Below, in pieces: positions 46,291 to 53,535 of a DNA stretch of 64,000 bases (positions are counted from its first letter, which is position 1; each line of letters opens with the position of its first letter). The position numbers were made by a program, and so were the translations under genes. The DNA lies in assembly GCA_002762795.1 (NCBI GenBank), contig PCYA01000012.1, forward strand, positions 54,066 to 118,065, written 5' to 3'. The stretch is from Candidatus Woesearchaeota archaeon CG10_big_fil_rev_8_21_14_0_10_37_12. GTDB taxonomy: Archaea > Nanobdellota > Nanobdellia > Woesearchaeales > ARS49. Below the pieces are notes generated by a model that saw nothing but the letters and a program-made list of their open reading frames with translations, did no database searches and was not told the origin of the DNA.

Positions 46291-47733
46291 ATGCCACTAA
46301 AAATATACAACACACTAACAAGAAAAAAAGAAACATTCAAACCTGTTAACGACGAGCTTGTGAGAATGTACACTTGCGGACCAACAGTTTACAACTATGC
46401 ACACATAGGGAATTTCAGAACTTACCTCTTTGAAGACTTGCTCAGAAGATGGCTAAAGTACAAGGGATACAAAGTAAAACAAGTGATGAACCTTACAGAC
46501 GTAGATGACAAAACAATCAGAGACAGCCAAAAAGAAGGAAAAACTCTCAAAGAATTCACAGAATTCTACTCTCAGGCGTTCTTTGAAGATGTTGATGCAT
46601 TAAACATTGAACGAGCAGAAGAATACCCCAAAGCAACAGAACACATCAATGAAATGATAACAATGATCAAACTACTCCTCCAAAAAGAACTTGCGTACAA
46701 AACAGAAGACGGAATTTATTTCTCAATAAATAAATTTAAAACATACGGAGAACTTGCGCACGTAGATACAACACAACTCAAAGCAGGTGCATCAGGGAGA
46801 ATACGCGCAGATGAATACGAAAAAGACAACGTAGCAGATTTTGTATTATGGAAGTTCTGGGACGAAAACGACGGAGCTGTCTTTTGGGAAATGGAATTAG
46901 GAAAAGGAAGACCAGGATGGCACATTGAATGTTCAGCAATGAGCGCAAAACATCTAACAAAAGCATTTCAAAACTCGACATTTTACCCTGACAAATTTGA
47001 AACAATAGACGTACACACAGGAGGAGTAGACAACCTGTTCCCCCACCATCAAGACGAAGTAGCACAAACAGAAGGAATAGTAAACAAACAATTCTCAAAA
47101 TACTGGATGCACTCAGAACATTTATTGGTTGATGGCAAAAAAATGGCAAAATCAACAGGAAACTTCTATACACTCAGAGACCTTGCAACCAAAGGACACA
47201 ACCCAATAGCCATACGATATCTATTGCTATCTGCACATTACAGACAAAAACTCAACTTTACCTTTGAAAGCCTCGAAGCTGCAGCAACAGCAGTCCAAAG
47301 AATAAACGATTTCGTTCTACGATTAGAAGAAGCAACTGGAAATAAAGATCACAAAGAAATAACAAGAATAATTAACCGTGCACAAAAAGAATTTGAAAAA
47401 GCATTAGATGATGATCTTGAAATAAGCAGAGCACTCGCAGCAGTGTTTGAGCTTATGAATGAAATAAACAAATTTCTGCAAGATACATCATTAAGCCAAA
47501 AAGATGCAAAACAAGTTATCGCATTTATGAAAACTGCTGATTCAATACTAGGAATATTGACACAACAAGAACAACTAACACCAGAAATACAAAAATTAAT
47601 AGATGAACGAGAACGCGCCAGACAAATCAAAAATTGGTCACGTGCTGATGAAATACGAGACGAATTAGCACAAAAAGGAATAGCAGTAGAGGATACACCA
47701 CATGGACAACGCTGGAAAAAAATTCTTTCTTAA
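46291..47733 (+). CDS. cysS: cysteinyl-tRNA synthetase
   Basis: CGPTVYNYAHIGNFRT (HIGH region) and KMAKSTGN (KMSKS). GAGGT lies 9 nt upstream. Confidence 0.95.
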   Translation: MPLKIYNTLTRKKETFKPVNDELVRMYTCGPTVYNYAHIGNFRTYLFEDLLRRWLKYKGYKVKQVMNLTDVDDKTIRDSQKEGKTLKEFTEFYSQAFFEDVDALNIERAEEYPKATEHINEMITMIKLLLQKELAYKTEDGIYFSINKFKTYGELAHVDTTQLKAGASGRIRADEYEKDNVADFVLWKFWDENDGAVFWEMELGKGRPGWHIECSAMSAKHLTKAFQNSTFYPDKFETIDVHTGGVDNLFPHHQDEVAQTEGIVNKQFSKYWMHSEHLLVDGKKMAKSTGNFYTLRDLATKGHNPIAIRYLLLSAHYRQKLNFTFESLEAAATAVQRINDFVLRLEEATGNKDHKEITRIINRAQKEFEKALDDDLEISRALAAVFELMNEINKFLQDTSLSQKDAKQVIAFMKTADSILGILTQQEQLTPEIQKLIDERERARQIKNWSRADEIRDELAQKGIAVEDTPHGQRWKKILS

Positions 47734-48595
47734 CCGATATAAACAACTCGGAGAAGAAATACAAGACAGTCAGATAAAATCAGCAATAAGAATCAACACA
47801 CTAAAAACAACAGCCAGCGAACTGCTGCCAAGACTGGAAAAACTTGGAATAAAATTAGAAAAAATACCCTACACAACACAAGGATATTTTGTTAAAAAAA
47901 CTAATTTTTCCCTCGGAGCAATCACAGAACACTTGCTTGGCTATTATTACCTTCAAGAAGCAGCAGCACAAATACCAGTAGAAATACTCAATCCAGAACC
48001 AACAGATACAGTATTAGATTGCTGCGCAGCACCAGGCGGCAAAACAACACAACTTGCAGCACTCATGAACAACCAAGGAAAAATAATATCATATGAACTA
48101 AAACCACACAGAATAACGAGCCTGATTATGAATCTAGAAAGATGCGGAGTCACTAACACAACAGTATTCTCCGCAGACGCAACAGACGCAAAAAAATTAG
48201 GAATACAATTTGACAAAATATTACTAGACGCTCCTTGCTCAGGAAACTACGCACTAGAAAAAGACTGGTTTGAAAAAAGAGACTTAAACGGAATCAAACA
48301 ATCAAGCAGAATACAAAGAAAAATACTGCGAACAGCAATAGATGTGCTTAAACCAAACGGCAGTCTTGTGTACAGCACATGCAGCTTAGAACCAGAAGAA
48401 AATGAACTAAACATACAATGGGCACTTGACAACCTGCCTGTACACATTGAGAAAATAAATTTGCCTGTTGGAGATGAAGGAATAACAAACATATTTGAAC
48501 AAAAACTAAACGATCAAATAAAAAACTGCAAAAGGTTCTGGCCACACAAAACAAACACTCAAGGATTCTTTGTAGCACGATTGGTGAAAATATGA
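47702..48595 (+). CDS. NOL1/NOP2/Sun-family RNA m5C methyltransferase
   Basis: DCCAAPGGKT, LLDAPCSGN and VYSTCSLEPEENE. Overlaps the cysS 3-prime end by 32 nt. Confidence 0.85.
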   Translation: MDNAGKKFFLNRYKQLGEEIQDSQIKSAIRINTLKTTASELLPRLEKLGIKLEKIPYTTQGYFVKKTNFSLGAITEHLLGYYYLQEAAAQIPVEILNPEPTDTVLDCCAAPGGKTTQLAALMNNQGKIISYELKPHRITSLIMNLERCGVTNTTVFSADATDAKKLGIQFDKILLDAPCSGNYALEKDWFEKRDLNGIKQSSRIQRKILRTAIDVLKPNGSLVYSTCSLEPEENELNIQWALDNLPVHIEKINLPVGDEGITNIFEQKLNDQIKNCKRFWPHKTNTQGFFVARLVKI

Positions 48596-49035
48596 TCAAG
48601 AAGTTATACGCACAATTTGGACTAACAAAACAACAACACATACACAAACTTGGAAGAAGCTATTTCACCCACTCAAACGAACAATTACTTAAACACAGAC
48701 CAGTATATGCTGGCAGGTGCATAGGACACGAACGAAAAGAAGGACCCATACCATCAATAAATGAACTCCAATGGATAGGAAAAAACACAAAAGAAAAAAT
48801 AACAATAGATGAAAAAGGAGAATGGTTATTCATCTGCGGCAGAGACTTATTTGGCAAAACAATTGTTAAACATAACAAACAAGAAAAAAACACAATCGTA
48901 GCAGTACTAAACAAACACCAAGAATGCATAGGTTACGGAAAAGTTATCGGCAACTTATACACAAACAAAATAGCCATTCAAAGAATATTTGACATAGGAG
49001 ATTTATTAAGACGAGAAAGAAAAAGTAAACGGTAG
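48592..49035 (+). CDS. PUA-domain protein (Nip7-like)
   Basis: 4-nt overlap with the methyltransferase gene. C-terminal IVAVLNKHQECIGYGKV pattern. Confidence 0.5.
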   Translation: MIKKLYAQFGLTKQQHIHKLGRSYFTHSNEQLLKHRPVYAGRCIGHERKEGPIPSINELQWIGKNTKEKITIDEKGEWLFICGRDLFGKTIVKHNKQEKNTIVAVLNKHQECIGYGKVIGNLYTNKIAIQRIFDIGDLLRRERKSKR

Positions 49036-49060
49036 GAAGTTTGAAGTAAGAAGTTTGTAG
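49023..49060 (+). repeat. GTAARCAGT-type repeat, copy R7
   Basis: The sequence aagtaaacggtaggaagtttgaagtaagaagtttgtag provides ..SKR plus the stop codon of the PUA gene, as at R6. Confidence 0.5.
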
Positions 49061-49062
49061 AA

Positions 49063-50088
49063 TTATTTTTTCTCTGATTTAAGTTGATTGTAAATTCCAT
49101 CACTAAACTGTTTCCAATAATGAACTTTATCCTGAACCAATAAATCATAATGAACAATATACGGACCAATATCTTTTTTGAACAACTCTATGCTATCATT
49201 TAATTCTTTTGGATTGCGTGCATTAAGATAAAGCAACAAATCGTAATTTCCTAACGTGTTCCCTGCATAAAAAATATTTCTGAGTTGTTGAAAAGGTTTT
49301 TTTCTAATGTTTAAAGGAGTATCTTGAATTAACCTGACAAGAATATAGTATGTTACAAATCCAAGCTCAGAAAGATTTGGAATACCTCCAAAACTTAATA
49401 TTATTTTATTTTTAATAAGATTATTGATTTTTCTTTTAACTGTTTGTCTATCTATTTTTAACATTTTAGACATACTAATCAGAGATTCATTTGGATTGTC
49501 TGCTAGCACTTTAAGAATTTCAACTTCATAACTTGTTGGAGAATATATATTAAATTCTCTATCAACAGGAAATTTTCGCGTAGTAAGCATACTACTGAAT
49601 GAATGGTCGGATTTTTTCTCGAATTTAGTTCCTAAATCCAAAACTGGATTAAGCTGAGTAAATTCAAAATCTGAGATGTGCGTGAGCATAATGTAATCTT
49701 TTACTTTATTATTACATAATACAAACAACTCTTGACGTATTTTATCCAAATGAAAACTATTAGTTGCATCAACAATTATTTGAATGTCAAAACGACCTAT
49801 GAACGTGTTTATCCACATTACAAACTCGTGTTTTCTTAAGAGATCATAGATTTTTTCTTTGTTATCAAGACCTTCTTCAAATTGTAATAACAAATGATAT
49901 CTTGTGAAACCTAGCTTTCTAGCATCAATAAAAAGAACATATTGGCTTAGAACATCTGCTTTTTCTAACTGTTTTATTTTATACGCAACGGTATCTTTTG
50001 AAACATTAAGAGCTTTTGCTAAAGTTGTATGGGCTATTCTGCAATTCTGCGCCAACACCTCCATTATTTGCAAGTCCCTTTTATCCAT
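49063..50088 (-). CDS. tandem-duplicated Lrp/AsnC-type regulator (two HTH plus two ligand-domain repeats)
   Basis: The first repeat is DLQIMEVLAQNCRIAHTTLAKALNVSKDTVAYKIKQL and the second is EVEILKVLADNPNESLISMSKMLKIDRQTVKRKINNL. TATA-like TTTATATAG lies ~27 nt upstream of the ATG at 50088. Confidence 0.7.
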   Translation of the reverse strand: MDKRDLQIMEVLAQNCRIAHTTLAKALNVSKDTVAYKIKQLEKADVLSQYVLFIDARKLGFTRYHLLLQFEEGLDNKEKIYDLLRKHEFVMWINTFIGRFDIQIIVDATNSFHLDKIRQELFVLCNNKVKDYIMLTHISDFEFTQLNPVLDLGTKFEKKSDHSFSSMLTTRKFPVDREFNIYSPTSYEVEILKVLADNPNESLISMSKMLKIDRQTVKRKINNLIKNKIILSFGGIPNLSELGFVTYYILVRLIQDTPLNIRKKPFQQLRNIFYAGNTLGNYDLLLYLNARNPKELNDSIELFKKDIGPYIVHYDLLVQDKVHYWKQFSDGIYNQLKSEKK

Positions 50089-50193
50089 ATTTCGCATAAT
50101 GTTGTTTTTACTATATAAATATGCTACTTTTTTCTTATTTTGTATTGAATTATTTATTATATTGTTTTATCTTTATTTTTCTTAGTGATAACA

Positions 50194-50859
50194 ATGAAAA
50201 TACAAGCGACGCAAGGAGAACTATTTGACAACAGCAAAAAACTACAAAAAAACAGTGGAGCAGCGATAATATGGATGAGTGTTGGAAACAGTTACTTCAA
50301 AAGAGAAACCATTACTCAACTTATTAAATTTGCTTCAACCAACTTTTCAAAAGTATTTGTATTAATGCCTGACAAACCAGCTGTACACACATACAAAGCA
50401 ATAGGCTATTCACAAAATAAAGCAGAGAAAAAAGCCAGATTAACTGGCAATAACCTAAAAAATCACGCTCTGCACGCTATTCAAACTACAAAAACAAATA
50501 ACACGTACATTATTGATTGGCAAACTGAGATATCGACAAAAAATATTTATCAACAGGAATTGAAAAAAATTCATGATTTATATGAAACAAATGCTTTATT
50601 CAGACAAAAAGTTCGTAGAACAACTTGTGAAGTACTCGAAGGAAAACTAAAACCTGACGTAACTTTAACTGCTGCTATTAATGAAGGAACACACTATTTG
50701 CTTAGCGAAATAGCTTTTCTTTCAGCAAGCCCAAAAATATTAAAAATAAACAGCACAATTTACATATATCACAAAAAATGGGAAATCTATGAACAATTCA
50801 TTAAAGGAACTTTCACAGGATTGCCAAGAAATAATTTAGGATTTTTAGTTGTTAAATAA
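50194..50859 (+). CDS. tRNA-dependent cyclodipeptide synthase (CDPS), NYH-type
   Basis: IIWMSVGNSYF compares with GISxGNSYF around the catalytic Ser. KAEKKAR is present, HYLLSEIAFL matches the Y..E pair and IYIYHKKW matches the YH pair. Size ~220 aa. All recalled from AlbC/YvmC/Rv2275. Confidence 0.8.
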   Translation: MKIQATQGELFDNSKKLQKNSGAAIIWMSVGNSYFKRETITQLIKFASTNFSKVFVLMPDKPAVHTYKAIGYSQNKAEKKARLTGNNLKNHALHAIQTTKTNNTYIIDWQTEISTKNIYQQELKKIHDLYETNALFRQKVRRTTCEVLEGKLKPDVTLTAAINEGTHYLLSEIAFLSASPKILKINSTIYIYHKKWEIYEQFIKGTFTGLPRNNLGFLVVK

Positions 50860-50886
50860 ATAAAAAATAAAAAAACAAAACAGAAA

Positions 50887-51585
50887 TTACTCAGCTAGTG
50901 CTGCATCAATAACCTGCTTAAATGCTGCGAACGGTTGCGCACCAGACACTAAACGGCCGTTGATAATAAAGCCAGGAGTTCCCTGAACACCAGCAGCACT
51001 ACCATCAGCCATATCCTTTTGCACTTCATCAGCAAACTGGTCAGAATCAAGACAACTGTTAAAATCAGCGGTTTTCAAACCAAGATCTTTTGCGAACTTT
51101 TTGAACGAATCAACACCGCCAGCTACACCTGTTTCAAACAGTTTATCATGCATTTCCCAGTATTTGCCCTGTTCACCAGCACACTCAGCAGCCTCAGCAG
51201 CTTTTTGCGCTTGCGGATGGAAAGGCAAAGGATAATCTCTGTACACCAACTTTAACTTGCCGGTTTCAATGTATTCTGACTCGATTTGCGGCAATGTTTG
51301 CTCAAAAAATCGCGTACAGAACGGACATTCAAAGTCGCTAAACTCAACCATCGTTACAGGTGCATCTTCATTGCCTTTTACTGCATCATCATCAACAAGA
51401 GCAGCCATATCAATATCAGCAGGTTCTGGTACACTAGGAGCAGACGGTGTAGGTGTTGGCTGCGAAGGAGCAGCAACAGGAGCACCAAGCTTATCACTAA
51501 TAACGGTTAACTGCACAACAAGCACAATCAACAAAACTGTTTGCAGCCCAAGAAGCCACAATTTAACATCATTACTTTTTTTCAT
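50887..51585 (-). CDS. DsbA-like thioredoxin-fold oxidoreductase, membrane-anchored
   Basis: FECPFC active site, an N-terminal TM and a Pro/Ala/Ser linker. GGAGGGTGA lies 5 nt upstream of the ATG at 51585. Confidence 0.8.
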   Translation of the reverse strand: MKKSNDVKLWLLGLQTVLLIVLVVQLTVISDKLGAPVAAPSQPTPTPSAPSVPEPADIDMAALVDDDAVKGNEDAPVTMVEFSDFECPFCTRFFEQTLPQIESEYIETGKLKLVYRDYPLPFHPQAQKAAEAAECAGEQGKYWEMHDKLFETGVAGGVDSFKKFAKDLGLKTADFNSCLDSDQFADEVQKDMADGSAAGVQGTPGFIINGRLVSGAQPFAAFKQVIDAALAE

Positions 51586-51700
51586 ATATTCACCCTCCAA
51601 TACACCCAAAAAACAGTATTCTCCTTTTAAAAGATTTATGTACTGTAAAGGCAGGAAAGTCCAGTTCCAATAACTTTTTTTTTCTCGATGGATTATTAAT

Positions 51701-51790
51701 AAAGAGAGGAAAGAGGCTCTTCTGGCTTGCTACTTTAAGCGAAGTCCTCTCCTTACACCTCACCTGTGATTCTAAAATTAGAAAGCCAGA
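51701..51790 (+). ncRNA. candidate structured RNA or DNA element, copy A (stem, hairpin, pseudoknot potential)
   Basis: AAAGAGAGGA..GCTCTTCTGGCTTGC..TCCTCTCCTT..CTCACCTGTGATTCT..TAGAAAGCCAG. About 75 percent identical to 57636-57724, with compensatory changes in the inner stem. Confidence 0.4.
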
Positions 51791-51895
51791 CAGATGATTT
51801 GCGCTTTGATGTTGTTCGAACCATATGTTTTGTTGTCTCCCTTGAGTGATTTAGAAAGGAAAGAGTTATATAAGTCCTATTTAATCTTAAACGCT

Positions 51896-53296
51896 ATGAG
51901 CAAAGAATCACCGCTTGATGGATTAGTTGCAGATTTCTTACCAGAAAATGTTGGAACGTGGGCTTACAAGCGACCTGACGGAGCTACTTTACCATACGCA
52001 AAAGCAGTTCATTATTCACGAGGACAAGAAGGAAGTTCATTAACTCCAGAACAGCTTGATGAGAGAAATAACAGAGCTGCAAGAAGCGCACAAATAATTG
52101 GTGATGAGCAACTGTTACGCGCTAATGGACTATCAGTAGGACTTGCTGCAAAACTTGAAAGTGCAGATAAGGGACATACTCATCTTACATTCAAACCACC
52201 AGTGCCAATGGATGATGCACTCAGCGGAGAACAACCACCAATAACAGGACAATACCCATACGTAACATTTCCTGCACAAGGAGAAGTTCCATACGCAATT
52301 GTAGTAATGTATGAAGAAGGCGAACAATTTGGAACAGCACAAGAAATAGCAACAATAGAACTTGATAAAGACACTTGGTATTTGAGTGCGTCCCAACTAC
52401 CTGAAGACACAAAACACAAAAAAGAAATCGAACAAGCAGTAAACATATTCAGAGAACGAGGCGATAGGTGTTTACACCCCGGAACATATAAACTCAACAT
52501 TACTGTAGAAAGATCACCAGCAATAGCAATACGCATAGACGGGTACAGACCACTAACAGCACAACTATTATACGACGGACCAATAAGACAAGAAATACCA
52601 ATCGGGGGTTTACACGAAATTATCAGCAGCAGTATTGCTAAATATGTTTCAGGTATTAAAATTCCAAACGAAATGAGCCCACTCGAACAAAAACCACCAA
52701 AACAACAAACAGAAACTCCAAAACCAGAAAAAAAATTAAGACCAAAATATGCAGAAATGTCACTTGTATTGCCCAGCGATGAACCAAACAAGCCATTCGG
52801 AATGTCACAAGCAACACTTGAATATCAAGGAAGAGAAGACAGAGCAGACTTAATATACGTAGCAACAAGACGCACAGACTCAGTCGGAGAAACTGATGCA
52901 AACCCTAATTTTGGATTAGTAGAAGTACAAATAAGCCAATTTTCCAAAGTAACAAACGTAGATATTGATTACAAACCAAAAAAAATAGAAGAGCCAGAAC
53001 CACGAGAAACTACAGGTACTCCGTTAACGGGTAGCTTTTCAAGCGACAGGCCAAGATCATTTCCTTTGATGGGAGGAGGTTCTTATTCAGGTGGAAACTC
53101 TTATTTAGGCGGAGGAGGATATAGCGGTCTTCGTTCAGCTGGAGGTATTTCAGGGAATATGGGCACAAGAGGCGAAGATTTTGGAGGGGGATTTGATTGG
53201 GATAGTTTAGGCAGTCCATCAACATCACCACCATTAGTATCAACAGGCAGAACAAAACTTGGAACACCAAGAACAGGAAGTGTTTCACAAAAGTAA
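51896..53296 (+). CDS. hypothetical protein (no recognisable domain) with a Gly/Ser/Tyr-rich C-terminal tail
   Basis: Start moved to MSKESPLDG because TATA-like GTTATATAAG (51864-51873) lies ~27 nt upstream. No TM segment. The tail reads GGGSYSGGNSYLGGGGYSGLRSAGG. Confidence 0.55.
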   Translation: MSKESPLDGLVADFLPENVGTWAYKRPDGATLPYAKAVHYSRGQEGSSLTPEQLDERNNRAARSAQIIGDEQLLRANGLSVGLAAKLESADKGHTHLTFKPPVPMDDALSGEQPPITGQYPYVTFPAQGEVPYAIVVMYEEGEQFGTAQEIATIELDKDTWYLSASQLPEDTKHKKEIEQAVNIFRERGDRCLHPGTYKLNITVERSPAIAIRIDGYRPLTAQLLYDGPIRQEIPIGGLHEIISSSIAKYVSGIKIPNEMSPLEQKPPKQQTETPKPEKKLRPKYAEMSLVLPSDEPNKPFGMSQATLEYQGREDRADLIYVATRRTDSVGETDANPNFGLVEVQISQFSKVTNVDIDYKPKKIEEPEPRETTGTPLTGSFSSDRPRSFPLMGGGSYSGGNSYLGGGGYSGLRSAGGISGNMGTRGEDFGGGFDWDSLGSPSTSPPLVSTGRTKLGTPRTGSVSQK

Positions 53297-53415
53297 AAGG
53301 AACACTTGAAGCACACCTCGCAACATTCAGATTCTGTCTCACAAACGAAACAACCTAATTCCACAAACTTTTTTCTTGAGAAAAACTTAAATACTTGTAC
53401 AAAATTCCAAGCAAT

Positions 53416-53466
53416 ATGATATCACAACAACAAACAAAATCAACAGCGGTTGTTGTAGTGGTATAA
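53416..53466 (+). CDS. candidate leader peptide MISQQQTKSTAVVVVV upstream of valS
   Basis: ATG ATA TCA CAA CAA CAA ACA AAA TCA ACA GCG GTT GTT GTA GTG GTA TAA: five consecutive Val codons directly before the stop. TATA-like CTTAAATAC lies ~26 nt upstream. Confidence 0.65.
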   Translation: MISQQQTKSTAVVVVV

Positions 53467-53494
53467 GTACGCTCCTTTATTCAGGAGAACGTAC
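53467..53494 (+). promoter_or_regulatory. hairpin starting at the first nucleotide after the leader stop codon
   Basis: GTACG-CTCCT (53467-53476), loop TTATTC, then AGGAG-AA-CGTAC (53483-53494). Confidence 0.45.
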
Positions 53495-53535
53495 ACATCA
53501 ATTCTTCTGAAATACAGGAACTAACTGAGGATATT

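Noticed and set aside
51654-51662. GGAAAGTCC, matching the universally conserved CR-I/P4 motif of RNase P RNA. A CTGGCTT 60 nt downstream could pair with AAG(T)CCAG in a P4-like manner.
   Set aside because: The available intergenic space (~190 nt) lacks the other conserved regions I can recall, such as the ACAGAA..GGCTTA CR-V block. The CTGGCTT-containing block is duplicated at 57636-57724 without an upstream GGAAAGTCC. An oligo-T run separates the two parts. It is worth a covariance-model scan but is not supportable by eye.
51794-51895. ORF-track start (MICALMLF...) for the 500-aa ORF.
   Set aside because: This ATG abuts the conserved non-coding element. A good TATA-like box (51864-51873) lies inside this extension, ~27 nt upstream of the ATG at 51896.
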